Assembly (NCBI GenBank): GCA_051362555.1
Contig: CM120642.1
Span: 16,740,001-16,804,000 of the forward strand
Direction: 5' to 3'
Length of the DNA stretch: 64,000 nucleotides
Source: Lingula anatina
Lineage: Eukaryota > Animalia > Brachiopoda
The position numbers were made by a program, and so were the translations under genes. The notes beneath the pieces were generated by a model. The model worked only from the letters and a program-made list of their open reading frames with translations, had not been told where the DNA came from and ran no database searches. Each line of letters opens with the position of its first letter. Position 1 is the first letter of the stretch. This document shows positions 61,666 to 64,000 of the stretch, piece after piece.

Positions 61666-64000
61666 GCATCTTTATTTTCTGTTTTTTGTCTGTACATTTG
61701 ACAGCTTTGCTGCCTTGTTTTACATAAAACAAAATAATCAATTTTCTGTCATTTTTAAATGATCAACTAGGAAAATTGTTGACATAGAAAAATATCAATA
61801 GAACAATTTTAAATGTCCAATTTGCTCCATTCGCAGATTCTGAACATAGTGAATGATTGAATCTGACAAACTGCAATGATGAGTTCCTTTCCATTTTTGA
61901 TACTTTATTACACAATGCACGATAACAGGTTTACCGTCATTTTTATACAATCAACTAACAATACTGTTAAGAAGCAGAAAATGTCAAAACAACACTTTTA
62001 CTAATTAGTTCCATTATGAGACTGTCAACATGCCTAAGAATTAAATCTAAAGAAAAAACACTTATATACAAAAAGGCTAAAAACTTCATCAAAACTTAAC
62101 TGATCAAGCTTATTTTCAAACTTGATCTGTATACTAGTTAGACTAATCACTCCTGTGAGTTGCAAGACAAAAGGCTGCTTGGTTTTCCTTAAAATGTGTT
62201 ATCAGTGTTGCATATATGCTGAATAAGGGAAAAAACAGGATAACTTTTGTAAAAATAGTCCAATCAAGCCAATTTTCCAACTTGACCTTCGTATTATGAA
62301 TATTCATCAGTTCTGTAAGTTTCAATCCAAAAGGAAAAAAAATTAACACTTATCTTATTATCCATGTTATAAAAATGCTGAAAAATTTGAAAAAAAAAAA
62401 GAATAATTTCCATAAAAATTGCCCAATCATGCTGATTTTCAACTTTGACCTGCGTATTATGAATATTCATCAGTTTTGTAAGTTTCAAGCCAAAAGGTAA
62501 AATGGTTTTCCACTTATCGTGTTATTGGCGCTGCATATATGCTGAAAAAAGTTTAAAAAAACAGCATAACTTCCCTAAAAATGGCCCGATCATGCTGAAT
62601 TTCAAACTTGACCTGCTTATTATGAATATTCATCAATTCAGTAAGTTTCAAGCTGAAAGAAAAAACGGTTTTCCATTTATCGTGTTATCGGTAAAAGTGC
62701 ACGGCGATGGTGGCGACAACGGCGACGACAGACGCAGGTGATGGCTATATGTACAGACACATCTATGTCTGTACATAATAAAAAGGAATGACATAGAATG
62801 TAAAGAACCTGTCTGATGTACTCTTGTAGTCCATTTACACCATGTAACCTAAGAACAAACCACAGCTTTAAGGAGCGAAATCTATGAGCCAGAGGAATTT
62901 GCCAATGCTAGAAAAATAATAATCGATATTAAATCTGTGTAACAGCTTTTATAGTTTTTAAAATAACAATCCATGGGATTTTTCAGAAAATCAAATCAAA
63001 TATATGATTATTGGCAGCAATAATTTTTTCATTTTGTATTTTAGGATATGTATGTATCAAATACAAAAGTTCATTAAAAAGGCTTTAAAATCCAAAAATT
63101 TTAGAAATATCAGAAGAGAGGCATAACTATGACTGCATTCCCATATCCTTACTGTACTAGCAGGATTGATCTATCTCAGCGGGGTTTCTTGCAAAGCAAC
63201 ATGAACAAATTCATGGAGTAGTTTGCTGCTGTCTTTTAACCTAAATAAAAGGCACCATGCAGTGGTTTACTTTTCATCAAAGCAATCTGGGTGATGATAT
63301 GTGATTGTGCAAAACTTGTCACCAGTACAGAAATGAGCACAGTCAGTGAATAGGCAGAGAAATGTCTTTGAATATGGGCATTTTTACAATCCTGGGCTCC
63401 TTTTTTTCCCACCAAGGGTAAAAAAATGGAAATCATTATTGTGTTGAAATTAGTACTTTTCTTGAAAGTATAGACCTGAAGGGTATAAGAAATGACAATC
63501 CCGAGATAAAACCTTGTGTATGTATAAAGATATGATTATTTGAATTTTGAAAATCATTTTTTTTAATTTTCATAAGCTAAACCTTGAAGTGTGTGACTTT
63601 TATGATAATTTAAGGTATTGATCTCCAAAAAAACACTTAGTTTTACTCAGAGTATTGCTCTTTTATGTATTTGCAAAAAAAAAAAAAAAAAAAAAAAAAT
63701 GGATGAAAATATCCAAAATTTGAGGAATCAATGATATTTTGTGATTTTCCTGTTTCAGTATTAAATGTGACTCCATGAAGTTTTTGATTCTGAGATATTC
63801 TGAGGACTACTGTACTTCACTTTACTTTGCATTAGTTCTTTATGTTATGCTTCATGATTGTGTAAAATATTATTTTGCACAGACATTTGTGCTAATTGCA
63901 GTGTCATGTTAAAATAAATGTCCTTTCCTAAACATCCTTGTTTCGGAAAGGACATTTTTTAACAAGTATGATATTGTTTTAATATATATTATTGTATTTG

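Larger units (their letters stand above)
58404..61720. mobile_element. Family B element, full-length inverted copy nested in the host copy
   Basis: Begins tatgtacagacacagatgtgtctgtacata plus (gtc/gcc)n and ends tgtctgtacatttgacagctttgctgccttgttt. Confidence 0.82.
56615..62780. mobile_element. Family B Helentron-type element (host copy 56615-58403 plus 61721-62780)
   Basis: Left end acaaggcagcaaagctgtcaaat; right end microsatellite plus tatgtacagaca...tgtctgtacata hairpin at about 62747-62778. Interrupted by an inverted copy of itself and by a family C MITE fragment near 56800-56940. Confidence 0.78.

Overview
AT-rich, intron-containing animal (invertebrate-type) genomic DNA, not prokaryotic. 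From left to right: the last four exons of a NEK1-like kinase (+, ends 1306); an intronless class A orphan GPCR (+, 8900-10219); a complete 40-coding-exon TAF1 gene (-, 45402-11748); and two tandem three-exon NUDT15-like Nudix hydrolases (+, 48617-50078 and 53682-55301), the first probably head-to-head with TAF1. The standout is a gene nested antisense in the 9.4 kb TAF1 intron (26610-35993). Splicing the 220-aa and 894-aa ORFs at a phase-matched GT-AG intron gives one protein: a DZIP3-type HEPN domain with an intact RxxxxH RNase motif, an NB-ARC/STAND ATPase, and 13 near-identical 42-aa TPR repeats that vary at fixed positions. This looks like an NLR-like sensor coupled to an RNase effector. 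The rest is non-autonomous mobile DNA: Helentron-type elements with 146-bp and 161-bp internal arrays (one copy inserted head-on into another), several MITE families, an Academ-like long-TIR element, a LINE remnant and tRNA-like units. Exon boundaries and family assignments were read by eye; no database search was run.
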